64,000 nucleotides of DNA, taken from the NCBI GenBank assembly GCA_024679065.1, contig JAGIQG010000020.1, forward strand, positions 33,790,001 through 33,854,000, given 5' to 3'. The notes beneath the pieces are model-generated. The model made no database searches. It was given only the letters and a program-made list of their open reading frames with translations, and was not told the origin of the DNA. This document shows positions 49,470-63,495 of this stretch, in pieces. Position 1 is the stretch's first letter. Each line of letters starts with the position of its first letter. This stretch comes from Sphyrna mokarran (Eukaryota). The position numbers and the translations under genes were made by a program.

Positions 49470-49680
49470 CATTGAATTCTGACAGTGCAGAAGGAGACCA
49501 ATCAGCCCACTGAGTCTACACGGACTCTCTGACACAGTATCTTATCCAGGCCTTTTCCCCTGATCTATTCTTGTAACCCTATACACTTACATGGTAATCC
49601 ATCTAACCTACACATCTTGGGACACTAAAGGACAATTAACCCTGACCAAATCACCTAACCTGCAAATTTTTGGACAGTGC
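49470..49680 (-). mobile_element. Inverted 3' part of HE1/V-SINE-like element
   Basis: cagtgcagaaggagacca...ggacactaaaggacaatt...tcacctaacctgca. Confidence 0.75.
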
Positions 49681-50004
49681 AGTTTGGTCAACTTTCAGAA
49701 TCTATAATGATTAATCTTTATATTGCATATTAGGGGATGAATGACACTGCTGTATACAGTAAACACTGTACATTTACAAAGTTGCTACACATGGTATACA
49801 ATGCACTTCAGTCCATCAGTGCTCAAAAATTTTCCAGGAGAAGTCACATTTTGCTGATGTAATCACATAAATGTATTTATCTCATAATGACAAGAGCTAT
49901 AAGCTTGTCTTCACGATATTGTATCATTTGGATCTCCAGCCTGTTTCCTATTTATTTTGTTACATATTTATTATAAAGAAACCTGAGTGAACCATGGAGG
50001 CTTA

Positions 50005-51290
50005 TCACCAAACTGTTATGGTGCAAAAGGAAGCCATTTGGCCCTTTGTGTCTGCATGGGTTCTTCAAATGAGATTCTCATCTAATACCAATCCCTGCCT
50101 CCTCCACATAACCCTACACTTTTTTTTTCAGTTACGTCTAATTTCTTTTTTCTCTTTTGCCAATTGTTTTAAATCAGTGCCCTCTTGTTCTTAATTCTTG
50201 CACAAGTGGGAACTGCTTCTGCCTATCTACACTGTTTAGATCCTTCATAATTTTAAATCCACTATTAAATCCCTTCTCAGCCTTCTTCTCTAAAGAAGTC
50301 CTACTTCTCCAATTTATTTTCAAAACCGAACCTCCTCATCCCTGGAATCAGTGTCATGAACTGCTGTGTCCACCCTCTCTAATGTCTTCATATTCTTCTT
50401 AAAGCGCTGTGCCTAGAGCTTGACACAATAGCCCAGCTGAGGCCAAACTAGTAACCTGTATAAATTCAATACACAGTTCTTTGCTCTTGTAATCGATGCC
50501 CATATTAATAAAGTCCAGTATATTTTATTAACTGTTCTCTCAATTTTCCCTGCCTCCTTCAAATGATTTGTACACTAAAGTTCCTTGGCTTCACCAACGT
50601 CTTTAGAACTGAACTCTTCTATTTTATATGCTTCCTCCATGTTCTATCAAAATGAATCACCTCACACTTTGACATTGAAGTGCATCAGCTACCTGTCTAC
50701 CTTTTCCACCAACTTGTCTACATCTCTTTGAGGTTTATGCGACATCCTGACAATTCTCAACACTTCCAAGCTTTTTTAATTACGCACAAACTTTGAAATT
50801 GTGTCCCGTACACAAAGTTTAGATCATTAATATATATCAGGAAAAGCAAAAGTCCAAATCCTGACCCCAGGGGAACTCCATTATAAACAAAAGAACAAAA
50901 AAAATTACAGCACAGGAACAGGCCCTTTGGCCCTTCAAGCCTGCACCGACCATGCTGCGAACTGAACTAAAACTCCCTACCCTTCAAGGGACCACATCCC
51001 TCTATTCCTATCCTATTCATGTATTTGTCAAGACGCTTGTTAAAAGTCTCCATTGTTTCTGCTTCCACTACCTCCCCTGGCAGCAAGTTCCAGGCACCCA
51101 ACTGTGTAAAAAAAATCTTGCCTTGTATATCTCCTTTAAACCTTGCCCCTAATAGTTGACTCTTCCATCTTGGGAAAAAGCTTCTGACTATCCAAACCTT
51201 CCTCGAATAGGAAAAATGTCCAATAACCACTACCTCTGTGTCCTGTCCTTCAACCAATTTTGTATCCACGCTGCCACCGTCCCTTTTATT
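50005..51290 (-). mobile_element. CR1 LINE fragments (older copy interrupted by a younger 3' end at about 50890-51210)
   Basis: ORF 50967..51269 has FFTQ...AWNLLPGEVVEA...FNKRLDKYM, the CR1 ORF2 C-terminus. acagcacaggaacaggccctttggccc tail. Confidence 0.82.
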
Positions 51291-52844
51291 CCACTCATAA
51301 CAGCTTCAAGGTTGAAAACAGCAGAAGAGAAGCTGAATTCTATGATTCTGCATTTAACAAATTTAAACGACTCCCAAAGATTCTTGCAGTAAGCAAATAA
51401 TGCACTGTTTCAGAAAAAATGATATATACTGTGTAACACAAATATTCTTCTTTTTCTATGGTGCATTTACAAATCTTTAATGCCACGAAGTTTAACTAGT
51501 GCTCAATAAATACTACCTCAAATCAACTAGTATTTAATTGATGTTTGGTATTGCAACCTGCAGATCAAAAATGTCAACTACTGCCTTACTTTCCTTTTAT
51601 TTATAAAAAGACCATTTTACATCTTTATTGTGATATGATGGTAGATGCATTATTTTTCATAAATAATATACTAATATACTATAATTCCCAAGTACTCTGG
51701 AGTGTTGGAATGATGCTTACCTACTCGCCTATTGACTTAAGACCGCAGGTAAAATGGGATCACAAGAAACTGCAGCTACCTGTGATAGCAGTGGTTACCA
51801 TCACTTAGGAGGTCAATAAACAGTTTGTAAAATTTCCATCTCCAATAATTATACTTCTTTATTGCATTAGCATTGTATTTATAACTGTATGTTGAATAGT
51901 TTGCAACATCTGGAGAATTATGAGTTGCATATGGATGCAAGGATTTGATGTGACACACAAGCAAATCCTCTATTTTGCATCATCATAAGCCAGAGGATGC
52001 AATGTTTTATAAAGCCAGGAACACTATTATATAAAACACATGGGAGTTGAAATTCAACTGATAGCCATTCTTTTTCTACCCAATTGATGCCCAAAGCCCA
52101 ATGGATTTAGACTAGTCCGTAAATTGGCTACCACACAGCCTCCCACTTAAAACTGGCAATTAGCTGCTCACTTATATAAATCATGGTCCTTCTGTGCTGA
52201 ATTGCAATATCTTTGCTATATTCTTAATTTCCTTTATAACAGGAACGGTTTATTATTTGCTGTTGGCCTTTGTCTGGTGGTGGAGGTATTTTCATGTATA
52301 TAGTGATGACACATGCTGCCAGGGTTTTGAAGCCATGGTCCTGGCCACTTTTAAAAACATTTCTCAGAATTAGTGCCCCACCAAGTTCTGGGAACATTTG
52401 CTGTTTTGATTTCAGATTTTCTGCAGTTGTAGCTTCTTCTTGCTTTCTCTTTTTGTTTATTTTCTCACCCAGTGTCATTCTTGTTTTAGTGTCACCTCAA
52501 AGCTGATTTTTGTAACATCAATTTAGTAGCTTGCAGGTCACTTAATCCATTTACTTTTCCCCCTGTTAATTCTTCTCTGTCCAGTTTTTCTCAACCTTAC
52601 TACAATACCTGTTTTATCTTCTCAGTCCTGGTTTCTGATGAAAAATTTACCCAACCAAAATGTCAATGATCTGTTATCTCAGACCTACTGTGTACAGTTA
52701 ACATTCACAGTTAAGAAAAGAAAGAACTTCCCTTAAATTATTTATTATTTTCCAAAGAACACAATACAGAAGCTGACTCAACCTGCTGTGTATTGTCTGG
52801 TTTTATATTAAGTTTAACTTAAGAGTATTTAAGTCTCGTCTTAC

Positions 52845-52975
52845 CTTCAGGTCTCTGTATACTACAAATCGGTTGTGCATGTGTTCAAGGCCCAGCATGA
52901 TCTCAGCAGCATAGAACCTCATCTCCTTCTCAGAGAACACTCCATGCTGTGAAAGATGATAATGCAAATCTCCAC
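52845..52975 (-). CDS. GRK3: GRK3 exon 11 (131 nt): [43 protein letters not shown], includes catalytic loop start
   Basis: tctag|GT acceptor and AAG|gtaag donor. In phase with exon 10. Contains the YRDLK catalytic motif. Confidence 0.97.
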
Positions 52976-53379
52976 CTAGAAATAGGACAAGCAGATAGCC
53001 ACATGGTATTGGATCTATTAAAACATTCCATACACCTCCACCAGTTGGCTCCATTATTGCTGCCCTCCCAATTATCTAGTTAACTAAGATAACCTAGCAT
53101 TGTTGGTTTTTGTATTTATTTTACCACTTGGTTTACACAATTTATTGCAGTGACTGGTGTTTCGCAGACAAACATGGCAGCAGATGATGATGAATATAGA
53201 AGCACAAATAAAAGAGGTCTTGCTTGCAGAACATGCTCTTGCAGACTGAAAGGCCCTCCAATTCACAAACATATTCAGAAACCTCAGCAGATGTCAGTAA
53301 AACAATTACATACAAGAAAAAGGTTTAGAAAAACACTATATTTAAAATGACACTCCGAAACACGATCAGAGAAGGAATG

Positions 53380-53615
53380 TTGCACTGCACAATAGAAAAA
53401 TTATTCATTCTTCTCCAAATAATATCTTTAATGTCCACATGAATCCAAAGACAACTGACAGGGTCTTGGTTTCAGATCCCATCCACATGATGGCACTCGG
53501 GAAATGCAGCATTCATCAGGATCAGAATGTCATTCAGATGGCTTTTGTTTTTAAGTTTTAAGTTAATCCATTACCATCTAAATCAGAGATGGAAATGCTA
53601 CAAAGTGAGCCAAGC
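53380..53615 (-). mobile_element. Degraded SacSINE-like SINE
   Basis: atctttaatgtccacatga...gacagggtcttggtttcag...gcagcattcatcagg. Confidence 0.5.
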
Positions 53616-53899
53616 TCATTTGGGAGTATTTAAATTATTCAAAGGAGATCACAGGATATTTTAACTGAATTTGCAGTGACATGATACAATGTTCCAGTTA
53701 TGTCAAAGTTACCAACCATTCCCATTAACATAATGGCAAATCCCATAGACTGATGACTGAGATAAGCCACAATTTCACACTGGTAACTCTGGATTTGCCA
53801 AACTTGTCTAACCTTCCTGTAGGACCATACCAAATAATCAGAGTGGAGTTTGATCACAAGCGCACAGGGAGAGCTGGGCAAGCCATCATTTTATATTGA

Positions 53900-54510
53900 A
53901 ATGCCTCTTGAGAATAGCTGAACCTTTGAGAAAGTTAAAATGCTACTGCTTAGAGACGGGGTTCAAACAAGTAATGATTGTACAAGATGTTAAAAATGAG
54001 GAGCAGAGTGAAGCCAGCTAATCCAATGATGAGACACTTTTCATTCACCTGTGGGAGCTGGCATGAAAATTCCAGCAGAGATAATTACAGAGGTGAATGA
54101 TACTGTGCCTTGCACAAAGGAGCTGACAGATGATGCAATTGTAGATGTAATACATTCTTCAGCTGAGAAACCCATTGACCCTGAAGAGCTTGATGAATGA
54201 CCACCATCTCACCTGAGCAGAAAAATATTAAGCAGCTTTTCCAGAGCTAACTCTTGACATTGTTCAATGCAAAACCACGGCCTTTATCAAAGTCAGGCCA
54301 ATGTAAGGTGTGAGCAAATTGAATAAATTAACTTTTTCAAACATTTAATACTTTACTGTGTTTTCATTTGAATCTGTTGTTTTTGTAAATGCCATGTTTA
54401 TAAGCTACAGGTATGCATTCATATGGGAATGGGGCCTCATCAGCTATCACGAAGCTCCACTTAATATGAAATTGTGAGCAGATTTCCCTGCTGTTCAGCT
54501 CATTGGGCTT
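53900..54510 (+). mobile_element. Possible Tigger/pogo transposase 3' remnant
   Basis: Peptide TVPCTKELTDDAIV near 54100-54145 resembles the pogo C-terminal region. No intact ORF. Confidence 0.3.
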
Positions 54511-54519
54511 TTAATGTAT

Positions 54520-54985
54520 TTCAAAATTATGTGTTAATGGGAAGGATAGATACAGATGATTTCCATTTATTGAGGGCTTTACATGAAGGGAATGTAAATG
54601 TAAATTTAATTATAAGACTTTCAGGATAGTCAGGAAAAACTACGTAAGGAGGTTTGTTTGGCTGTAGACCTTATTGCCCATGTCAGAACTTAATAGTTCT
54701 TAATGTTGATCAACATTAAATAGTTAAGCAAGGGAAACAGAAGTAGGGCATGTATATGGGATCAGAATTACTACTGATGCGGAAGATAAACATCTATATG
54801 GACTATTTCTCATCAAATCGCAACCAAATTTTGGTGCTGTACTCCTTTCATCTCTCAGAGATGGAAAGATACCAGCAAGGCAAGGAACATGAAAATGGTT
54901 GGAATGGATCAGGTATGCATTACATGGTCTGAACAACCTTCCTTTCTTTCTACCATTTTATGTCGTACCGTTATGTTCTTATGTT
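54520..54985 (+). mobile_element. Degraded CR1 3' fragment
   Basis: ggatagatacagatgatttccattta...catggtctgaacaaccttcctt...ttatgttcttatgttct tail. Confidence 0.55.
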
Positions 54986-55705
54986 CTACCATTATGCTGT
55001 ACTTGGTAACATATCCCACCCAGAGTTATTTCCATTAGCAAATTGATTCCTAATTTTACCAGCCAGCAGAAAGAAAAATTCTGCTAGCTTTTTGATTGAA
55101 AATGCATTGGTTAGATTAAGAATAAGAGAAAAGTGACAGCTTCTCAAAAAGCGACTCAAGTTTATTTTATTGAATTGAAATTGGGATCAAATGCCTTTTA
55201 AAAAGTGAGGGCAACACTGTGACAATACTGAATTGTGAAGTACACAATGTAGAAAGGATGAGATAGCAAAGTCAATTACACTCTAAACTAAATGTGCTTG
55301 AATGGGGCAATGTAAAAGGAGATTTATATTCTAATTCCAAACTTGATTGTGTTTGATGCATCCATGCAGGGAAAGCTTTATTTTGCATCTGCTTGTGCCA
55401 TATCTGACGTGACAGTGTTTGAGGCTGACATACAGCAACTACACAGATCACTAAGAGTGGCACTAAATTTACTGAAAATAAGAGATCATTAAAAAAAAAA
55501 GAAAAAAATTATTTAATAAAAATTTAGCAAGATTGAATGTTCACCGAATTATGTAAATAAAGAATTAAATAAGAAAGAGATGGACTAATTTAAACCACAG
55601 AAAAGTATTACACTCATCCCTCTCGCTCCATTAAGCCCCCAGCAAGTGAGCAGAATTAATCTGGGTCTCATCCCAGTTTACAAAGATTAGAATATTTTGT
55701 CTTAC

Positions 55706-55784
55706 CATTCATCAGGTCAAGAATAAAACACAGCTTGTCAGGTGTGTGGAACGCATAGGTCATACAGACTATAAAGGGGCAGTC
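55706..55784 (-). CDS. GRK3: GRK3 coding exon 10 (79 nt): [26 protein letters not shown](G), kinase N-lobe/hinge
   Basis: tcccag|GAC acceptor and ATG AAT G|gtaag donor. The peptide matches GRK2/3, and CMTYA and KLCF are the GRK3-type residues. Confidence 0.96.
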
Positions 55785-57617
55785 CTGGGAAAAGAAAGAA
55801 AAAGGAGAAGCAGTGATCAGATAGACTGTTATACAATTCAGAAAGATACCTACTTGATAATACAATTAGGGAGGTATGTTACTTTTATCCTCCAAGGCAG
55901 TAAAACTTTGTTTAATTTCAAAAATAGAACAAATTTCAATTTAAAATAAAATTTTCCCACAGGTGCTAAAGTCAAAAGTGAACAATGAACCTAAGTATTA
56001 TTTTCTCCCTCTCTCTCTCTTTCCCACCATCATTTTACATCAGCTGCATTCCTGTTTTATGGTGATATACACCATTCCTCAATTAAGATCATCTGCCTTT
56101 CAGTTGGGCAACAGATGAATAAAGTAGCCTCACCAACGATAAATATCAAACTAGGCTAAGACAAATAAGGAAACAGACCTTTCATCACTACCAACTAACT
56201 GTTACTATCATCATGTTAGAAATAATAAACCAACTATTTATTTTCTGAATTATGTTATCCAGTTGTTATTTACTTTTTGTTGCTTTGTCTTCAAATATTG
56301 GACATACTTAGATTAAGTAAAAATATATGTAGCCCCAGGCACAGAACACCTCAATGAAACCGTTAAGAGAGCATTTCAAGGTAAAGAGGTATACCTGTGT
56401 TGGGTCAGCTGAAATAAATAAAATACTGAGGAATAAACACAAATGTGACATGAAATTGGACCATTATCTCAATAAACAATTTGCTAGCCTGGCTCTGCAG
56501 GATCTCAAGCAGCACAGAAAGCTCTGGACACTAGTAGGAAACTTGGGGACCACAGAAATGTTGAGCTTTTGTACATGTTAAAATTCAGACCAGTCCAATA
56601 GCATGTCCACTGCTTGAACCCCGTGCATCACAATTCATAGCATTATTGTAAAATATTAATCTCCTTCTCCTCCTTTAGAAAGGCATGAAAAGGTATGAGA
56701 AGGCATTTCATGGAAGGGAAATTTAACAGTCTCTTAAAAGCAGGAGAGCAAGCAAATCAGAGAAAAATACATCAAGCTGATTACTTGCTAATATTCAAGC
56801 CTCCTCCCACTTTGCCAAAGGCAGTTTACATTTAGTGACAGCAGCACACTCAAGAGGTTGGAAGCCAATTAAACTTGTAAAATGGACAATCATGGAATCA
56901 TAAAATGGCTACAGCACAGAAGGAAGTCATGCGGCTTTTCTTTTGATGAGTATGACATGGGCTCCATGCTGTGTCAAATCATCGCTGTTAGAGAAGATGC
57001 CTGCACAATAGGAGATTGGAGAAGCAGGAAAATACATTGCAATCTCACCGTTTAATGGTGTGAACAACAAGCTCAATGACATCCATAGGCAGAGGCTTGC
57101 TATTGTAGCAGCAACTCCTGGAGATTATCTGAAAACATCCCAGCATCCTGGGATACTCTTTTAGATCCTATCAGCAAGTCAGTCTGATTGCAGTCCTTAA
57201 GAGAGTTCCCCAGAGCCCTATATGTCAAGTTCACAACCTTTGGAACAAATTCATTGCATGAGCTCCTTTCAACAAGCTCCTGAGTTCCACATTAAACACA
57301 CAAAATTAATTTGAACTACAGTTAGCTTCACTGAGAAATGAATTTTGTATAAATCTATCCTTCCGCACTGCAAGCTTAAGAGAACTGAGGTTGTGACTTG
57401 TTTTTTGAGCTTTTGTGGGAGGATAAGGACAGACTCAGCCAAAGCTCCATTCACTGAAGGAGCTTTAGAAAATTCCAGCTGCGGATGAGAGCAGAAGTTC
57501 ACAATGGTTAATTCTGTTTCTCCCTTTCCACATACGCTGCAGACATACTGAGTTTTTACAGGACATTTTGTTTTTATTTCTGATCTCCAGAATCCACAGT
57601 ATTTCACTTTTACTTCA

Positions 57618-57950
57618 AAAAATAGCATTAATATTCTCACTTTGGAGTCTAAAGATTGTGGGTACAAGTCCTTTGCAGCATGGAAATCTAGGCTCACATT
57701 TGAACTAAAGGAATGCTGCACTGTCTGAGATGCTGTCTTAGGATGAGATGTTAAACTGAGACCCTTTCTGCTTTTTCATATCCGTATAAAATTAGCATTA
57801 TTTCAAGGGAGAGCAGGGAGTTATCTCCAGTGTCCTGGTCAATATTTATCTCTCAACCAAGATCTTCAGTGCTCAAATTGCCTATTATATCGCCTACATT
57901 TCAACAGTACCTATTGATTGTCAAGTGTTTAGGAGGTCCTGACAGTTGCA
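57618..57950 (+). mobile_element. SacSINE/DeuSINE-like SINE
   Basis: gctgcactgtctgagatgctgtcttaggatgagatgttaaactgag...gtgtcctggtcaatatttatc. Confidence 0.78.
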
Positions 57951-60900
57951 ACAAATTTCACCATAGCAGCTGAGACATTTAAATAAAACCCATAACATTC
58001 AGCAAAATAGTCAATTCACTTATTAACAGATCCAATGTTTACAGATCCCTTAAATTTCAGGATGCGGTTCCACATCTTCAAAAAAAAATTACCCAGTTCT
58101 TTCTTGTGCTTTTCCCTACTTGCACATCAAGTTTTGCTGAAATCACCATTAGTTTTTGAGATATTTTGTTTACCAACAGACAAACAAACAAGGATGAAAA
58201 TATTACCTCCATCCACCTTCAGTGGCAGAGATAACAAATGCATGGTCATTCTAGCTTTCTATTGTTTAGCCAGGTTGCTGGCTAAAGAAAAGAATTTCAG
58301 CCAGGTTTCCCCTTAGCACTGGGCTCTTGACGTCTAATAGCCAAATGACTGTTCAGGTTTACCCTTGGAAACGATGGATGTTTGAATGATGCACTTGTAG
58401 AATTAGTCACCAACAAATAGTCAGTAACATCTAGGAAGTCTGGTACAAAATTTTCTCAGGCAATTTGCAATTGAAGAAGGACTAGACACTGCTGGTAGAT
58501 TCAATTTTCTTCCATTTCTTGTTGTCAAATTTGTCTTGTATCAACTTTAATTTTAAAATAGCTTGTGCATAAAAATGGTATTGTATTAGAACAAAACATT
58601 ATTCTTTCCTATTTAACTGAGGATTCCGAACACTTCAAAATAATTTCATGAATGAAAAAAAAATCACCAAATTTTTAAGACATTTTCATTTTTATTAAAC
58701 ATAAACTCATGCAATATTCAATAGTGGCTCACCTCTTGCTCAGTGATTCTGAAATAATTTTGTTTTTTCCCTTCATCATTTACCTTTAGATAATTACAGG
58801 AGAAATTTGATGCTGGCTACTAAAAGCATTACAGAACCACTTTGTTACTAACCAGTCAATACAGCTTACTGCAGTGGAGCAATAAAGCACAACTCATTTA
58901 ACAGAGCAGCAATGCGACACTCACACTGTCATCTGCTATCATAACCAGTGACTGCACGAATCAGTCATCAGGCCAGTTTGTTAACACCTCGAAGACTGCG
59001 ACTGGATAATAAACACTGAAACACTGTTTGTGCACCACAAACGTTCCATCATGAATTCAAAAGCCTGAAAATAAGGAGTGGATTAAGTGCAATTACATAG
59101 CCATGTATTTTTATGACTGAAAGAACTTCAGTAATATGCCATCTGTGATGTGAAAAGCAAACTGTTTTCTGATTATTTGTTCTTAAGTGTGTTCTGGAAC
59201 ACACTAGAAAGGAAAGATTTCTAATTATGCAGAGCCTGATCATGATCTCAGAACTTGCTAAAATACTTCACATTGAATCAATTTGGAAGCAAATTATCTC
59301 AAATATGACAGCCAATTTCTAAAGAGCAAAATGCCACTTTTGGCAATAGAATGACAGCATTGATCTTGGTAGAGTTTATTCAGAGGAATTTTGATCGTGA
59401 ATGAGAAGCCATTGCCCTTCTTTGAACAGTGTCAGGAGGGCATCTTTCATTCCTTCAGCAATGCTAAATGCTCAGGTCCCAACCCATCTTTACTAATTTT
59501 ATTCCTTTTTCAGTGTTACAAAGCTAGTTTGCAGAGTGCACAGCACAAAGCCATAATTTATCTCCTTCTTTGCTCCAAAAATCAATTCAAATTCAAACTG
59601 AATCCAAATCATGGTCTCCACAAGAGAGACATACTGGGTGGGATTTTCCAGTTACGCTCACCCCAAACCAGAAAACCTTTGCATGGTCCAACCAGTACTC
59701 TCCACCTACCACCTCTAACTACAATTCCCATGACAAGCAGGATGTGGAAGTCCCCTGGAATAGATCCAAGCTGACAAGAGCAGACATTACATCTAATTTC
59801 ACACTTGATCTTGGCGAAAAAGTCCAGATTTATCTGGGCTATCTTTGAAGGAGTCTAGTTTCAACACCCAACAAAATATTATGGTAGGATCTGGGTCCCT
59901 ATGGCCCTTTAAAGTAGCCTAACAAGCAAATAAGTTGTATCAAACTGCAAGCATTTCAAGAAAGCCTGCCCTAGTCTCCCTGTGGCAAAAAAGGATAGGC
60001 AATAAATTCTGACTGCTAGCAATGCCTTCACATCCAAAGAACAACTTTTAAAAAAAATCACAGAATAATATTATGCATCTCCAAGTCACTTGCTCATTAC
60101 AGTACAAATGGCACCTTTGCATTAGAATGTCTAATTGGAACAAATATTCAAGGCTCCAGATGACAAAAGTATTTTAAAAATGAGTAGATCAATTTAAATA
60201 CAGCCAAATTATTAATTAAATAGCTCCAAAAAAGTCAAGGGAAAAATTTAGTCATCACCTACAACTGTTTAAATGTACAAGACATAGAATACAAGAGCAA
60301 GGATGTTATGCTGGAACTGTCAAGCCACAGCATAGATAGAGAGAAGAATGAGCCAGGACTTTCAAACATTGACCTGGTGATCCTTAAAAGGAAAGTGTAA
60401 ATATGGTGGTAATCAGCTCAGAGCAGCCCTGCTGAACAGATACAGGTGTGAACAGTGGACATTCATCTGAAGTGCTGAGATACCACCAACACCATGTGGA
60501 ATCATACACAGCAAGGATCAGTAATAGTGAACAACTTGCAACATGGAATATCTTCATCAGTGCACTAAATGGAAATTATTATTTTTGATCTGACAATTTA
60601 TACATTTTCCCATACAGGAATTGAGACAATGAAGCTCTTAGCTACTTGCCATCTGGTTTATGTTCTCATTGTCCAACAATGGCATTAAGATTACAATTAA
60701 TTAAAAAAAGATACAAGGCTGCAGTTCCTATTCACTACATGACAATTCTTTACTCATTGCTCAATACCGCAAGATCATTTGGCAACTAATACAGAGAAAC
60801 ATTTATCTTTATAAATGTGACACAGCAATGGTCACACTATTCTATATATGGGCTGCTCTTGGATTTTTTTTTGAGAGTATCCTAGTGCTTCACGTTGTTA

Positions 60901-60979
60901 GTGTTTGCTTGACCTGGACCATTTGATGAGCAACATGACAGCTCAGTGACTATCGCTGTGCTGTGCAAATACATGGATT

Positions 60980-61240
60980 TGGGCCTGTGTCTGTGGGAGT
61001 TTGCGCATTCTCCCCGTGCTTGCGTGGGTTTTCTCCGCATGCTCTCGTTTCCTCCCACATCCCAAAGATGTGCTCTTAGGCTAATTGACAAAACAAATTC
61101 TCCCTAAATTGTCTCAAATTTGGTTTTTAATCCATAGATCTATAAACATGGACAGGGATCACGGGTAGAGGTGGGAACATCGGGGTGGCAGCGCGGGCTC
61201 GTTGGGCCGAAGGGCCTATTTCCCATGCTGTTTTGTTCTT
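60980..61240 (+). mobile_element. V-SINE-like element lacking its head
   Basis: gggagtttgcgcattctccccgtgcttgcgtgggttttctcc core and gggctcgttgggccgaagggcctatttcccatgctg CR1-type tail. Confidence 0.8.
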
Positions 61241-63199
61241 TGTATATAGTGCATAAATTTACTGAAAATTCATGTGTTCACATCACCATGCAAAATTGGA
61301 CAGAATCTTCCTGACAACGAAAATAATAGAGTTGGAACCATTTCTGACTCCACTCTACTGGTGTCTGCCATTCATGTGGCACCACAATCTTACAGCAGGC
61401 AGCAGTTAATAAACCACTGCAGCCGGTCAATTACTGACAATGGCAGGGAAGAATGTGACACAAAAGGGACAATGAGTGGAATGTTAGAACTGGATGGCAG
61501 GAGAAGTGTGTGCTGCTGAGGCTGATAAGTGGACATGGGGCAGAATTCAGATTTCTCCACTGGAAGGTTTGTAACTGCAGGCGACAATAACATTTTTTGC
61601 AAGGCCTTCCCATTGGGTTTTCACCTGAACCAAACTCTCTGTAATTTAACTCTGGGTCAGATAAGGCCGAGGCCTTGCATTAATTGAGGCCCTTAATTGC
61701 CAATTGCTTAAGGATTGTTTGCTGCCCAGGCTGGCATGAGGAATTCAGTGGTATGGAGTGAAGCCTGAAATTAACCTTATTTAGACGTTGGGAGTGAGGG
61801 CCTCCATCAGCAGCTTCTTTTAATGTGGGACACCACAATCCCCCCCAAAAAAAAGTCTTATACCTGCAGAGATTCCATTCCCCATTCCTGTCCAGTGATG
61901 TCTCAAATCCTCTATGTCAAAGCCTGTCAGGGCTCACCTACCTATCCCAACCTGGTCCTGGATTCTGGGAATTTAGGCTGTGGGGACTGCTGCATCCTAA
62001 TGCTGTTCACTGCAGCTTCTGGCACTGCAAGGAGTAGAGAACTGCCAACCAATCAGTTTGGTGTGATTGGATAGCAGTTCACTAAGTCAGGGCTTCCTCC
62101 TAACAAAGAGGATGAAGTTCTGTCTCCTGCCAATTAACAGTCATTATAGTGTGAAATGATTGCAGGGCAGTCAATATAGGCAGAAATACTTTTGCCGCCA
62201 ATGGCGGGAAGGGAAACTCTAACATCCAAAATATCCTGGCTTTGAGAGTATCTCAAAACAGAGACACTCAGATGGTTGCAGAACATCTTCAAAGAAAAGT
62301 CCAGAGCTGATGGGGCTATCAGTATAAAGGGGGAGCCAGTTCACAGAAATGACTATGGCTACACCTATGCATATTTTAGTTTTGAGGGTCCATCACTGGG
62401 GATTTGAGAAGAGGCTCCGAACTGCCACAGGTGGTTACCTAACTCAGGACTCAGCGTGAAGTCCAGAAAAGTTCAGTGGGGGTGATATAATGGCCCTTGA
62501 TTGGGGCCGGAATTGGATCAATTGATTGCTCATCTCTGTGAGCAGGCTGCTGATTCTCACAGGCAGTCCACACCAGAAAACCTACCTGGAGGCAAAAAGC
62601 ATTATATTGCTTTCCTACTGATTCCCTTCCTGCAATTCTTGCTCCAAGGCCACTTCAATAGGGGTGCAGGGAAATTCAACACTTGATCTTAACAGGGAAG
62701 GTCTATTTATTTGTATTAGCTTTGTATGTAGCAGATAACTTATCTCTCCGCCCCTTTTAAAAAAATCTACTTTATTGGAAAGTGGACAGACCAGTGCCTC
62801 AACCACATAAAATGATTTCAAAGGTCTCAGCTTTACTTCTTGATTTGTCATTCAGGACTGCGGTTGGGAGAATCATAATGGGATTCCTTGTCCTAGGAGA
62901 AGTAAATCTAACCTCCGTTTTCATTCCCAATTACTATGTCATGACTTGATATGAGTTTATGTGGATAATGGATGAAGATCAGAAGAGGTTCTGTTGGGAA
63001 GCTTTCCAACAGCACTAACAGGTAATGTCCATGAAAGCCATACACAATATCAGCAGTTTTCAGGAAAGAAATAGAAAACTGGAGGCAAATTAATTTTCTG
63101 TTGTCATGTATCATTTTAAAGTATATCGCCCAAGACAAGGAAAAAGCTGAATTTTGTCAATAACACTATATGCTGTTCAAACAGAGAGGTGATTCACCT

Positions 63200-63495
63200 T
63201 TCACTTTGGCCGACTATCCATTTGAGGTGTGTGGCGTATGGGGAAGTCTCTCCCTTTCTACAGAATCATAGAAACTTACAGCACAAAAAGAGGCCAGCAA
63301 TGTTTAATCCCACAGCTTTTCATCCATAAATTGCAAATTCCTCATCCTAAAGTATGTGTCTAACTTCCCTTTTAAATTATTTAGTTTAATCACATTTTCA
63401 GTTGCATCTTAACAACCAACAGTGTGAAAAAAGTTTCATTTCATCTCTTGAATTGCTTTCCCAGTGATTTTGAATCCATGACCTTCAGTTACTAT
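63200..63495 (-). mobile_element. Degraded CR1 3' end
   Basis: agaatcatagaaacttacagcacaaaaagaggcc...aacaaccaacagtgtgaaaaaag. Confidence 0.6.

Noticed and set aside
58727-58755. Possible 16-nt microexon (ttcag|AATCACTGAGCAAGAG|gtgagc on minus)
   Set aside because: The donor is good, but upstream sequence is purine-rich with no polypyrimidine tract and the length would shift the frame.
62300-62860. Possible Penelope RT coding remnant
   Set aside because: Only a vague resemblance with no contiguous motif, so I cannot support it.
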